A model generated the notes under the pieces. The model ran no database searches, had not been told where the DNA came from, and saw nothing but the letters and a program-made list of their open reading frames with translations. Below are positions 25,004 to 40,502 of a DNA stretch of 64,000 bases, piece after piece (positions within the stretch are counted from its first letter, which is position 1; the number at the start of each line of letters is the position of its first letter). Both the position numbers and the translations under genes were made by a program. Origin of the DNA: Eledone cirrhosa. Lineage: Eukaryota. Location of the stretch: positions 175,026,001 through 175,090,000 of the forward strand of contig OZ024741.1 of NCBI GenBank assembly GCA_964016885.1. The letters run 5' to 3'.

Positions 25004-28000
25004 ATATACACCATTAATGTAGTTCATGTAGACATATGCTCCATTAATGTAGTTCATGTAGACATATGTCCCATTAATGTAGCTCATGTAGACATATACA
25101 CCATTAATGTAGTTCATGTAGACATATACACCATTAATGTAGCTCATGTAGACATATACACCATTAATGTAGCTCATGTAGACATATACACCGTTAATGT
25201 AGTTCATGTAGACATATGTCCCATTAAAGTAGTTCATGTAGACATATGTACTATTAATGTAGTTCATGTAGACATATGTACTATTAATGTAGTTCATGTA
25301 GACATATGTCATATTAATGTAGTTCATGTAGACATATGTACTATTAATGTAGTTCATGTAGACATATGTACCATTAATGTAGTTCATGTAGACATATGTA
25401 CTATTAATGTAGTTCATGTAGACATATGTACTATTAATGTAGTTCATGTAGACATATGTCCAATTAATGTAGTTCATGTAGACATATGTCCAATTAATGT
25501 AGTTCATGTAGACATATGTACTATTAATGTAGTTCATGTAGACATATGTACTATTAATGTAGTTCATGTAGACATATGTCCAATTAATGTAGTTCATGTA
25601 GACATATGTCCCATTAATGTAGTTCATGTAGATATATGTCCTATTAACGTAGTTCATGTAGACATATGTCCTATTAATGTAGTTCATGTAGAGATATGTC
25701 CTATTAATGTAGTTCATGTAGACATATGTCCTATTAATGTAGTTCATGTAGACATATGTACTATTAATGTAGTTCATGTAGAGATATGTCCCATTAATGT
25801 AGTTCATGTAGACATATGTACTATTAATGTAGTTCATGTAGACATATGTCCAATTAATGTAGTTCATGTAGACATATGTCCTATTAACGTAGTTCATGTA
25901 GACATATGTCCTATTAATGTAGTTCATGTAGATATATGTCCTATTAACGTAGTTCATGTAGACATATGTCCTATTAATGTAGTTCATGTAGACATATGTC
26001 CTATTAACGTAGTTCATGTAGACATATGTCCTATTAATGTAGTTCATGTAGACATATGTACTATTAATGTAGTTCATGTAGACATATGTACTATTAATGT
26101 AGTTCATGTAGACATATGTACTATTAATGTAGTTCATGTAGACATATGTACTATTAATGTAGTTCATGTAGACATATGTACTATTAACGTAGCTCATGTA
26201 GACATATGTACTATTAATGTAGTTCATGTAGACATATGTTCCATTAATGTAGTTCATGTAGACATATGTTCCATTAATGTAGTTCATGTAGACATATGTC
26301 CTATTAATGTAGTTCATGTAGACATATGTACTATTAACGTAGTTCATGTAGACATATGTCCCATTAAAGTAGTTCATGTAGACATATGTCCCATTAAAGT
26401 AGTTCATGTAGACATATGTACTATTAATGTAGTTCATGTAGACATATGTACCATTAATGTAGTTCATGTAGAGATATGTACTATTAACGTAGTTCATGTA
26501 GACATATGTCCTATTAATGTAGTTCATGTAGACATATGTACTATTAATGTAGTTCATGTAGACATATGTCCTATTAATGTAGTTCATGTAGGCATCTACA
26601 CCATTAATGTAGTTCATGTAGACATATGTACTATTAAAGTAGTTCATGTAGACATATGTCCTATTAATGTAGTTCATGTAGATATATGTCCTATTAATGT
26701 AGTTCATGTAGACATATGTACTATTAACGTAGTTCATGTAGACATATGTCCCATTAAAGTAGTTTATGTAGACATATGTACCATTAATGTAGTTCATGTA
26801 GACATATGTACTATTAATGTAGTTCATGTAGACATATGTACTATTAATGTAGTTCATGTAGACATATGTACTATTAATGTAGTTCATGTAGACATATGTA
26901 CCATTAATGTAGTTCATGTAGATATATGTCCCATTAACGTAGCTCATGTAGACATATGTACTATTAATGTAGTTCATGTAGACATATGTACTATTAATGT
27001 AGTTCATGTAGACATATGTCCTATTAACGTAGCTCATGTAGACATATGTCCCATTAACGTAGCTCATGTAGACATATGTACTATTAATTTAGTTCATGTA
27101 GACATACGTACTATTAATGTAGTTCATGTAGAGATATGTCTCATTAAAGTAGTTCATGTAGACATATGTCCTATTAATGTAGTTCATGTAGACATATGTA
27201 CTATTAATGTAGTTCATGTAGACATATGTACTATTAATGTAGTTCATGTAGACATATGTTCCATTAATGTAGTTCATGTAGACATATGTACTATTAATGT
27301 AGTTCATGTAGACATATGTACCATTAATGTAGTTCATGTAGACATATGTCCCATTAACGTAGCTCATGTAGACATATGTCCTATTAATGTAGTTCATGTA
27401 GACATATGTACTATTAACGTAGCTCATGTAGACATATGTACTATTAATGTAGTTCATGTAGACATATGTCCTATTAATGTAGTTCATGTAGACATATGTA
27501 CTATTAATGTAGTTCATGTAGACATATGTCCTATTAATGTAGTTCATGTAGACATATGTCCTATTAATGTAGTTCATGTAGACATATGTACTATTAATGT
27601 AGTTCATGTAGACATATGTCCTATTAATGTAGTTCATGTAGACATATGTCCTATTAACGTAGCTCATGTAGACATATGTACCATTAATGTAGTTCATGTA
27701 GATATATGTCCTATTAACGTAGCTCATGTAGACATATGTCCTATTAACGTAGCTCATGTAGACATATGTACTATTAATGTAGTTCATGTAGACATATGTA
27801 CTATTAACGTAGCTCATGTAGACATATGTACTATTAATGTAGTTCATGTAGACATATGTCCTATTAATGTAGTTCATGTAGACATATGTACCATTAATGT
27901 AGTTCATGTAGACATATGTCCCATTAACGTAGCTCATGTAGACATATGTCCTATTAACGTAGCTCATGTAGACATATGTACTATTAATGTAGTTCATGTA

Positions 28001-28232
28001 GACATATGTCCCATTAATGTAGTTCATGTAGATATATGTCCCATTAATGTAGTTCATGTAGATATATGTCCTATTAATGTAGTTCATGTAGACATATGTC
28101 CCATTAATGTAGTTCATGTAGATATATGTCCCATTAACGTAGCTCATGTAGACATATGTACTATTAATTTAGTTCATGTAGACATACGTACTATTAATGT
28201 AGTTCATGTAGACATACGTACTATTAATGTAG
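25004..28232. repeat. 30-bp minisatellite, about 107 copies (consensus ATTAATGTAGTTCATGTAGACATATGT[A/C]C[T/C])
   Basis: Perfect 30-bp phase throughout; accounts for ORFs 25001..28240(+), 24938..27067(-) and 27089..28147(-). Confidence 0.97.
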
Positions 28233-28289
28233 ATCTCTAGGAGTGTCACCTTGATACAATGTGGTAAATATAGGTACAACTAATTCTTC

Positions 28290-28405
28290 CTAGCTGAGTG
28301 AACTGGAGCAACGTGACAAAGTCTTTCTCAAGGACACAACAGATCGCCTAGTCTTGGAATCGAACTGACAATCATATAATCATGAACTGAGCATCTAACC
28401 AATAA
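28290..28405 (-). mobile_element. Fragment of tRNA-derived SINE, family 2
   Basis: agctgagtgaactggagcaacgtga...acacaac...aatcgaact matches 42063-42145. Confidence 0.65.
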
Positions 28406-28434
28406 GCGACAGGCTTTCATGCACACACTCACGT

Positions 28435-28606
<172 letters not shown>

Positions 28607-29505
28607 CAGACAGACAGACACACACACACATAAATGTATACCTACATATAATATGTTATCTCCGTAACTATATATGTTTACACTCTTTACAAATTATCCC
28701 CTGTAATTGTTTGATATGTTTACTTTATATATAAATACTCGGATTTATTACTTGGAATCTTTGAGCTTATTCCACAGGTGATATGCCGCATGCTTCTGAT
28801 ATTCTTAGACATGGCATCTTTAATCTAATTTTGGTAGTACCTTCATATATATACATTTGTAATATAGAAACTACGTAATACAATGACTGAAAAAGTCGAG
28901 ATTGGCTAAAATATAAATAATTAGAATCGTTAGCGTCGAACGAGATGCCTTGCGGTATTTGTTCTGATACTTTGTGTTTTGATGTGAAATCCTACCTTGA
29001 CCTATTTCTATCGTAGACTTGAACATATGTTTGGTTTAATACCATCACTTGGCTCCTGGGGGGGCCTTCAATGAAGTCTACTCTGTGTTGCAAGTATTCG
29101 TAGCATGTCCTCGGTTTGAGAATACCTTCTTCCCTTCCACAATTTTCGGAGGAGGGTCATGGGAACAGCTCTACCTATTCCTACGAAATAGTAAAAAAAA
29201 AAAAGAAAAAATCACTGGTGCATTTAGCTATGTTGTCAAGTGTTTAAGTTGTCCGGATAAGTTGTGGTTTTCAGGTAAAGAAAGAGACAATTTAACATGC
29301 ATTCTTCAAATCCAACCTGTAAGTGGAACAATAAAAATATACAAAAGATTTTTCTTTCTACAATTTAGCATATGGTTCTACGTTGTGGTTAATATCTAAA
29401 TTTCAATGGTGGAGTTTTTCTTTGTCAGAAACCATCCCCTTTATGGGAATAATGCCAAGAAAAAAAAAAAAAGATAATACATATACGTATGTAACGCACA
29501 CACAT

Positions 29506-29643
<138 letters not shown>

Positions 29644-29920
29644 GCAGACACACACATAACACATATATATAAACACGTTTGTGTATATACACATACATAC
29701 TTGCATGCATACGTACATGTATGTATGTATGCATGCATGTATGCACGCATGTATGTATGTTGAAAAGTGTATAATAACGTTATAATAACGTTATATCTGT
29801 ATAAATACAGAGTGTGTAACCGAGACTACACCAGCGTGTATAAACATATACAGATATCTATGAGGGAGGTATGTACACATAAGAAAGTACGAATTTCCCT
29901 GTAAATTGAAAAAATGATAA

Positions 29921-29970
29921 ACACTTTTAATCGATTTTCGGATCTAATTGGACCCTCATCAGAAGGTGTG
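29921..29970 (-). ncRNA. Minimal type I hammerhead ribozyme motif
   Basis: Minus strand reads cacctt CUGAUGA GGGUC caauua GAUCC GAAA AUCGAU UA aaagug. Confidence 0.75.
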
Positions 29971-29981
29971 TATAATAACGT

Positions 29982-30074
<93 letters not shown>

Positions 30075-30087
30075 GCACACACAGACG

Positions 30088-30118
<31 letters not shown>

Positions 30119-30144
30119 ACAGACACACACACACAGACACACAG

Positions 30145-30180
<36 letters not shown>

Positions 30181-30213
30181 ACAGACACACACAGACACAC
30201 AGACACACACACA

Positions 30214-30271
<58 letters not shown>

Positions 30272-30274
30272 CAG

Positions 30275-30316
<42 letters not shown>

Positions 30317-30440
30317 AGACACACACAGACACACACACACAGACACACAGACACACACACAGACACACACAGAGACACACACACACAGACACACACAGAT
30401 ACACACACACACACACACAGGCACAGACACAGACACACAC
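29982..30440. repeat. Long degenerate (CA)n/(CAGA) microsatellite (similar tracts at 28420-28630 and 29495-29760)
   Basis: Directly visible. Confidence 0.95.
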
Positions 30441-30727
30441 ATAAACACGCTCGCGCGCGTTTATATGCATGCGTACATCGCCACATGCATGCACACAGAG
30501 GTAAATCTCTAGGTATATATGTACGCAGATATACAATGACAAATGCATTTGTAATAACAACGACAATAATAATAAATAAATAAATAAACAAATAGATAAA
30601 TGAACACAAACACACACAGACACCCGGATGTGGTGCATGCGCAAACTGAGCACACAACACACACACAGAAACAAAATGGCGTAGGACAGAAGAAAGGAAA
30701 GGCACAGAAACAAAGAAAGGAATCCCC

Positions 30728-30772
30728 AGTCACTGAAGAGGTCACAGAGTGTGTGACGAAAGGACTATGACT
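30728..30772 (+). ncRNA. Minimal type I hammerhead ribozyme motif
   Basis: AGUCA CUGAAGA g GUCAC agagugu GUGAC GAAAG ga CUA UGACU; stems I and II are perfect. Confidence 0.75.
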
Positions 30773-31204
30773 ATATATAAACAACTATCTGGTTGTGGAA
30801 CCAACCAACCAACCAGAAATTTATAAGTTTGTAGATTTGTAAATTTATAAATTTATAAATATATAATAAATTGAAGTGAAAGCAACTGGTGCGTGTGTTT
30901 CTTATTGGCAACATGACCCTCCCAAAGTATAACAATATCGGTTTCAACACACGATTTCAGATAAAGAATCTTGCTAAACAAATTCAGAAACGAAATAATA
31001 ATAATAATGATTTCTTTATAATAATAATAATAGTGCGTAGTGAGAGGGGAAATCTGAGTTGGTGCTGATAAATTGCAGTGAGCAATGGACATGTTCAATT
31101 TCTTATCAAAGAAATAAAAGATTCTATTTTGAAATTTTCATTGATAAAAAGCAATGAAGACATTCATCAAATTCTCGCTGGTTGACTGATCAATTCAGTC
31201 CAAT

Positions 31205-31965
31205 GACATCTTATTTCTCTTATTGTTTCTCTTACTGTCTTACTCTCTCACTTATCCCTCTCTCTTGCTATCTTACTCTTTCACTTTCCCTCTCTTTTGC
31301 TGTCTTACGCTTTCACTTTCCCTCTCTCTTGCTGTCTTACGCTTTCACTTTCCCTCTCTCTTGTTGGTACTCTGTCTCAACTTCTTCCTTTATCTCTCTC
31401 TCTCTCTCTCCCCCTCTCTCTCTTATTGTCTTACTCTCTCACTCTCTCTCTCTCTCTTACTGTCTTACTCTCTCACTTTCCCTCTCTCTTGTTGGTACTC
31501 TGTCCCCCCCCGTCTCTTATTGTGTTATTTTCTCACTTTCCCTCTCTCTTGTTGGTACTCTGTCTCAACTTCTTCCTTTCTCTCTCTCTCTCTCCCCCTC
31601 TCTCTCTTATTGTCTTACTCTCTCACTCTCTCTCTCTCTTGCTGGTACTCTGTCTCAACTTCTCTCTCTCTCTCTCTTACTGCCTTACTCTCTCACTTTC
31701 CCTCTCTCTTGTTGGTACTCTGTCCCCCACCCCTCTGTCTCTTGTGTTATTTTCTCACTTTCCCTCTCTCTTGCTGGTAATCTGTCTCAACTTCTTCTTT
31801 CTCCTCTCTCTCTTACTGTACTCTCTCACTTTCCCTCCCTCTTGCTGGTACTCTGTATCACCCCCCCCCCCCTCGCTCCTCCTCTCTCTCTTACTGTCTT
31901 ACTCTTTCACTTTCACTCTCTCTTGCTGGTACTCTGTTTCAATTTCTTCCTTTCTCTCTCTCACT
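31205..31965. repeat. Pyrimidine-rich degenerate minisatellite
   Basis: Recurring ttactctctcactttccctctctcttg(c/t)tggtactctgtc units. Confidence 0.85.
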
Positions 31966-32289
31966 AATGAAAATGTTTTCCCCTTCATCATGTCACTAAT
32001 TTATCCTCTCCTTCTCTCTTTTCCTATGTCTTTCTTTTCTCTTTCCCCGTCTCTATCTCTTTCTTTTCTCTTTCCCCGTCTCTATCTCTCTTTTCTCGTT
32101 CCCCCGTCTCTTTCTTTCTTTCCCCTTTCCCCCAACCCCTTTCCCTCTTTCTTCATTCCCCGTCTTTTTTCTGTCCCTTCTCTTTCCTGGTCTCCTTCTA
32201 TCGTTTGACCCCATCTCGCTCTTTCTTTTTTCGACCACGTGCACAAATCATTGAAATATGCATATATTTGTATGCCAGTATGCGTATAG

Positions 32290-33570
<1,281 letters not shown>

Positions 33571-33906
33571 ATGTGAAACTTTGAAAATATCTGAACAGTG
33601 ATGAAATAGATTTTAGTAACTTTTTCCTTCCTTGGTGTCTAACGTGAAATTTGGTCGTTAACGGTCTATACAAGCTGAGAGGGAGAAAAACTGACAGGAA
33701 CGGTTTTCGTTTTTAAGGAACATTTCTGCTCAATGGCGGGTAATGAACTCGAGAGAAAATAACACGATTCTGGTTACAAACATAATATGTTTTCGTTTAA
33801 AGACGTTTCTTGTTGGAATATATTAATAATAGTTATTGTGGCTGTGTTTTTAGCTTTTTTTTTACTATTATTATCATTATTGTTGTAACTATATATTATC
33901 GAGTTG

Positions 33907-33948
<42 letters not shown>

Positions 33949-34068
33949 GGATCTTCTTCTCGGTGTAACATCACCCCCTTTATTGTTTCTTGTTTGTTGT
34001 CTTCATTTCAATATTTTGTCCTTGTGACCAATAAAAGAAATTTTCATTTTACTATTATTATTATTAAA

Positions 34069-34710
34069 TGTGGATTAGCAGTATCGGTGGAGGGTCGGAC
34101 GCCATGCTTTGTAGCATAGAGTTACGGCCTTTTATGATATGAGTTCAAATCCCGCCGAGGTTAACTTTGCCTTTCCTTCTTACGGGGTCGATAAAATAAA
34201 GTACCAGTCACGTACTGGGATCGATTTAATCGACTTTCCCCTACCCCAAATTTACTGGCCTTGTGCCTATACAAAGAATCATTATTATATATAAGCGTGA
34301 GGGTGGTGAATTGGCAGTATCGGTAGAGGGTCGGACGCCATGCTTTGACGCATAGAGTTACGGCCCTTGCCATTCTGAGTTCAAATCCCGCTGAGGTTAA
34401 CTTTGCCTTTCATCCTTGCGAGGTCGATAAAATAAAGTACCAGTAATGCACTGGGTAATTGCTGGCCTTGTGCCAAAAGTAGAAACAATTATTATATATA
34501 AGCGTGGTGGATTGACAGAATGGCTGGAGTGTCTGAGAGAATACTTTGCAGCATTCAGTTACGTCTCTTTACATTCTGAGTTCAAATCCTGCTGAGGTCA
34601 ACTTTGCCTCTCATCCCTCGGAGGTCGATAAAATAAAGTACTGGGGTTGATTTAATCGACTTATCCTTTCCTTTAAATTGTAGGCCTGGTGCCTAAATTA
34701 GAAATTGTTA
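34069..34710 (+). mobile_element. Three tandem family-1 SINE copies (34069-34280, 34300-34487, 34505-34710)
   Basis: Each has A/B boxes and the central domain; the middle copy has the TSD attattatatataagcgtg. Confidence 0.85.
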
Positions 34711-34764
34711 TATGTACATGTGTATGTATGCATGCATGGTCAAATGGGTGATGTATGTATGTAT

Positions 34765-35297
34765 GTCAGGTCACTCTCGAGTGCTACTGGTAACATGTAA
34801 CCCAGTACAACCTGTCTCATGGTCGGGTCGTCGGTAACTAAACCGTCAACCCCACCAAGTTTGCTTGGTGAGGAGGGTGATACTTGGATACTCTGCGGGA
34901 TGAAATACAAGACCCGGCAAAGGGCGGAGGAACTCAGCAGAGTCAATGGCCATCCAAATAGTACTTTTTTTTTTTCACCTGGGAGTGAAAGGCCTCCAGT
35001 TGTTGTCACAGAACCTTTCTAGAAGGAAACCCTGGAAAACAAACAAACAAAAAAACCGTGCTTTGGAAGCATCTGATGATGTTGACCAGTTCTCTTTTTC
35101 GGGTAGTGTTTTCGATGCTCAGCGAGTGGGATTGGTCGAGTGTAAGGCCTTTCCCCACTTAAAAAAACCTTCAAAGCACAGGCATTGGTTATTCAGGATA
35201 TGTTACAGGCTCGTGTGGCTGGCCGTAGCCTAAAAGTGCACCAAACTCTATAATCTAACAAACGATTGCAATACTCCTAGCAGAGTTTGTAGCCATC
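34765..35297 (+). mobile_element. Interspersed repeat resembling an RTE-type LINE 5' region; diverged inverted homolog at about 40130-40400
   Basis: Both copies share ccccaccaag.ttgcttggtgaggagg...gggatgaaa.acaa.acc...agagtcaa..gccatccaa. The family assignment is tentative. Confidence 0.5.
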
Positions 35298-35379
35298 ATG
35301 TATGTATGTATGTATGTATGTATGTATGTATGTATGTATGTATGTATGTATGTATGTATGTATGTATGTATGTATGTAT

Positions 35380-36050
35380 GTTCTTCTGGTTTTATAACTT
35401 CACAAAGTTTTACCAATAGAGAGAGAGAGTCGGTTTCTAACATAGACACAAGATTCTCTCATTGGAATGTACACAACATCAACTAGGTAGATTATGTATG
35501 TATGCATGCATGTGTAGATATGGATGTTATTGTATGTGTGGATGTGTATGTTTTGAGTTGTATGTGTGCATGTGTATATGCTTTGTATCTGTACATGTGG
35601 ATATGCAGTTATTAGATGCAAAATTTTGGAATGTTTTACATATTTTTACTGTTCCATTAATGGATTGAACTTGTAATTTCCTAACTAGTTGTGTTCTTTC
35701 TGTTCCTGTGAAGCCTAGCTTCTCAAGATTTGTATTGAGGCAGTTACTATGTATGTATGTATGTATGTATGTATGTATGTATGTATGTATGTATGTATGT
35801 ATGTATGTATGTATGTATGTATGTATGTATGTACGTATGTATGTATGTATGTATGTATGTATGTATGTTCTTCTGGTTTTATAATTTCACAAATTTTTTC
35901 ACAATAGAGAGAAAGTCGGTTTCTAACATAGACACAAGACTCTTTCATTTGAATTTACACAACATCAACTAGGTAGATATGTATGTGTGTCTGCATGCAT
36001 GCATGTGTAGGTATGGATGTTATTGTATGTGTGCATGTGTATATGCAGTA
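35380..36050 (-). mobile_element. Two 5'-truncated 3' ends (35380-35748, 35867-36050) of the adjacent RLE LINE, each with a (CATA)n tail
   Basis: Both repeat the 3' UTR of 36090-36315; the first also repeats the last about 45 codons. Confidence 0.88.
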
Positions 36051-36089
36051 TGTATGTATGTATGTATGTATGTATGTATATATGTATGT

Positions 36090-39000
36090 TTGTTCTTCTG
36101 GTTTTATAATTTTACAAAATTTTACCAATAAAGAGAGTCGGTTTCTAACATAGACACAAGACTCTCTCATTGGAATTTACACAACATCAACTAGGTAGAT
36201 TATCTATGCATGCATGTGTAGATATGGATGTTATTGTATGTGTGGATGTGTATGTTTTGAGTTCTATGTGTGCATGTGTATATGCTTTGTATCTGTACTT
36301 GTGTATATGCAGTTATTAGATGCAAATTTTTTGGAATGTTTTACATATTTTTACTGTTTCATTAATGGATTGTACTTGTAATTTCCTAACTAGTTGTGTT
36401 CTTTTTGTTCCTGTGAAGCCCAGCTTCTCAAGATTTGTATTGAGGCAGTTACTAACATACCCCAGTGCCCCAATAATCACAGGCATAAATCTGAAGGTGT
36501 AATCAAGGTGGAGTATCTGCAGATTTCTCATCAGTTCTGCATAAATATTCTCCTTTTCGCTAATCTTTGATATTATATTGGCATCTGCTGGGCAGCTAAT
36601 TTCCACTGCTGTGCATGCTTTCTTCTTCCTGTCCCATATCATAATATCTGGTCTGTTATGCCTGCATTTTATTGGGGTTTTTACTGGAACATTCCACCAG
36701 TACTCTTTCATATTATGTACGTGGATGTCTTCCACATTGCTGTAGCTTTTATTGGGTTTATTATCGGGGCTATCTCTTTTACGGACTGCATTGTACAGTG
36801 TTTTGGCCACCACATCATGCCTCATAGGTAGATAGTACCGCGATGACATCTTTGGACAGCTGCTGAAGACATGGGTGATATCCTCGATGTTAGTTCTGCA
36901 GAGTCTGTACTTGTTATCACATCTAGGTGTTTGCCTGCATCCCTATCTCTTTTGTGAATCAGGTATTTCGTGTTAATTTCCTGTTCTTGGATTGCAAAAG
37001 CGTATCCTTTAAAGTGGGAGCCTCTATAGCGGTTGTTGGTCCAAGATAGACTACTTTCCTTATCTATATTACTCTCACTCTGGAGCTTCCTGGCAACATA
37101 TTCATGCATGATATTTTGCTGATAAGCATGCAGTTTTTCATCCATGGATTCACTGCGATGCTGCTGAGCTACTTCCCTGGGTGTGAGTTTTTGATTATCA
37201 CACAGGGAATATCTGTCGAGGAGTTCCTTCCCAACTCTCATGATCTTATCTGTTTCATGCAGATAGACTTGCTCGAGAAGCGGGCTCCTACGCTTCGAGG
37301 TTCGTAGATGTTGTCGGAGGGATATGATGCGACATTCAAATGTTGTCTGGACTGATGTTAGGCCTCTGCCTCCCTGCTTACGTTTCAGGTAAAGGCGGTC
37401 TATGTCACTGTTGATGTGGAAGTTTCCGGTGTTGTTTAGTATTTTTCGAGTTCCAACATCAATTGTTCGGATTTCGTCTATCGTCCAATTGAGTATTCCA
37501 AACGTTGGTTTTAGGACAAGCACAACAAACACATTGTGAGCCACTGTTTTGTTTTGCGCAGAGAGTTCTGATGACCAAATATTTCTTAATCGGGTGTAGT
37601 ATTCCCTGGTTACGCGTTCCTTATTACAGATACCATTATAGGATATGTTCTCATCTATCCCCAGGTATCTGTAGCAGTCCTCATCAGATATCGATGAAAC
37701 AGTTAGGCCATTGATGACAATGTTGCTAGATTGGGTTGTTGTTTTTCCCCGCTTTACAGTCATGTATGAGCATTTATCTTGGCCAAACTCCATTCCTATA
37801 TCCTTTGAGAACGTTGTAACCAGGTCAAGATTTTTCTTCATCCCATCCATGTTCTTGGCATAGAGTTTCAGATCACCCACAAAGAAATTATGGGTTAGGT
37901 TCGTTTTTCTGTCCTCCTGTGAGCCAATGATGTATCCCTCACATTTCTTAAGCAGAAAGGACAAGGGGTTTAATGACAAGATGAATAATATCACAGAGAG
38001 ACTGTCTTCCTGAAATATGCCCCTGCGATATTTTATTTTATCAGTGAAAATAGTCCTCCCTCTCCGTCTTTAACCTTAGGATAGTAGCCCAAGAAGACAA
38101 CTTCTCTATGGCTCTGCCAATAATGTCTGGGACTTTAGCAAGTTTGAGGGCGTCTATCATCCAAGAGTGGGGAACAGAATCGAAAGCTTTCCTGTAGTCC
38201 AGCCAGACTGTAGCCATATTCCTCCTAAGTTGTCGCACCTCCGACATCGTAGTTTTGTTGATTAGGAGTTGTTCAGCACACCCAAAACCCCTTTCTTTCC
38301 AGCTGCTTGTTCATCTGTGATGAGGTTATTATTTTCACAGTGATCTTGGAGGAATAGGTTCAGGAAGGCTGTATACATATTTTACATCAGGTTCTGGCAT
38401 GCAATGGGTCGGTAGTTTTTGCCAAGTGGGTGTCTTTGTTCTTGGGGACCAGTAATATTTGTGCTAATATCAACCATTCTGGTATAAGTGTATCTCCCTT
38501 AAGAACTTTTTGGTAGAGGTCAGTAAAATACCTCCGATAGAATATCAGTTTTTTGTACCAGTAGCCGACAATCATGTCTCTTCCTGGTGTTTTCTAATCT
38601 TGGAGTTTTACTATCACAGTCTCAAGGCTACCCTCACTTATTTCGTATATTTTTGTTGTAGTGTAGGAGCAATAGTTCTTTCGGATTTCTCTTAGCCACA
38701 CTGCATCTTGGTTGAAATTCTTCTTTTCACCCCATATTTTGCTCCAAAAGGAATCTGTCTTTCTGGGATGGGGCCTCAGTGACACTTATTATTTTGTTCT
38801 TCATATCTCTATAGACTGATGTTTGGTTTCGTCTGAATCTTTTATTAAGCACTTTTCTCTCATCTACCTTCTTCAGGTATCGGCGTTTTTCGCTAACAGC
38901 TCTCAATTCTCGTTTGAGGGTGATCAGCTTATATTGGAGAGTTCTGGTTCTACTGTTACCAAACATCGTCTCTATTTTATTTTTCACTCTTTGTTGGTGA

Positions 39001-39810
39001 GGAGTGAAGTTTTTTTGTGTTTGTTTGCATGTAAGGAGCATTGTCACATATCCTATGGTTTTTCGTAGGTCAGCAATCTTTTTTTCTATTTTAGTTATAT
39101 ATGATGGCATTTTTGGTGGTGTTTTGTTCTTGTTAATATCTCTGCTATCACCAAGATAATGCTTCACTGTCGTTGCTAGGTCATATAAACACACGTTGAT
39201 TTGCCAAAATGTTGGGGTTTTTATCCGTCGTATATATTCATCCCCTATTTCGTCAATAACACGTAATATTTCATTATTTGTTTTATTTATTAAACATTGT
39301 CGATTTAATACGTTCAGCAAGAGAGATATTTATACATGAATTAATTTCTCTCTGGAAGATTTCGTTGAGGGAAATTTTCAAATAGTATTTTCCACAGCAG
39401 TCGAGATAGACTCGGAGGTACACGTGGTGTCAAATTTCTTTGATTATTATTATTATTATTTCTTCGATTATTATTATTATCGATAGTGTTTTCCCCAGCA
39501 TTCGAGGTAGACTTAGATGGTACAGGTGGTGTCAAGTTTCTTACAGGCATAGTTGTTTCAAGGCGCTGTTCGACCTGGCTGCTAGGAAGTCTAATAGCAC
39601 GTGTTGTTGATCCCATGTTTGTTGTGGAGGACTTACAATTAATATTTGTTTCTACTTTTGGCACAAGGCCAGCAATTACCCAGTGCACTACTGGTACTTT
39701 ATTTTATCGACCCCGTAAGGATGAAAGGCAAAGTTAACCTCGGCGGGATTTGAACTCAGAATGACAAGGGCCGTAACTCTATACGTTAAAGCATGGCTCG
39801 TAATAATATT
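36090..39810 (-). mobile_element. R4/Dong-like RLE non-LTR retrotransposon, decayed, embedded in (ATAC)n
   Basis: Motifs WLDYRKAFDSVPHSW, LSLNPLS, NFFVGDLKLY, YRYLGI, GGRGL, AIQEQEI, RHD, RPDIMI, VEISCP, KENIY, PVIIGALG over ORFs from 38727..39320 to 36316..36849. Confidence 0.85.
39645..39797 (-). mobile_element. 5'-truncated family-1 SINE at the 5' end of the RLE LINE
   Basis: Reverse complement of the SINE B box, central domain and tail. Confidence 0.85.
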
Positions 39811-40401
39811 GTATGTATGTATGTATGTATGTATGTATGTATGTATGTATGTATGTATGTATGTATGTATGTATGTATGTATGTATGTATGTATGTATGT
39901 TCCTGTCCTCATTGCTGAGGCTCAGCTATCATAGTCGTTTACATCAATGCTCATCTATATGATGCTGTATGTTCATGATTCTCATCGGGAAAAATGACGT
40001 AAATGGGTCACAAATCCTCGTCCGACCATTACTTAGAAGCTGGCTACTGAGCCGTAGATCGTCCGCCTTCATCACAAAGATGAAGTCGTTTGCCACATGA
40101 AAGATGACTAAGGAATCCTATCTACCCCGGTTTTGAAATCAGTGAACCTTCTCCTAGATAGACTGACAACAAAAGGTGATGGGTTCTGTCTACATGCTTT
40201 TTTTAAATACACTATTGGATGGCTGTTGACTCTCTCCTGAATTCCTCCATCCATTGACAGGTTTTGTTTTTCATCCCACTGAGGGTCCAAAAATCCTCCT
40301 CCTCACCAAGCAAGCTTGGTGGGGTTAGTTACCAACGATCCGACTATGTGACAGGATGTACTAGTTTACATATTACTAGTAGTACCTGAGAACGACCTGA
40401 C

Positions 40402-40501
<100 letters not shown>

Positions 40502-40502
40502 C

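Noticed and set aside
25004-28232. CRISPR-like array
   Set aside because: The units are contiguous with no unique spacers, no cas genes are present, and the context is eukaryotic.
34770-34880. HDV-like ribozyme in the RTE-like 5' region
   Set aside because: I could not assign P1/P1.1/P2 pairings by eye.
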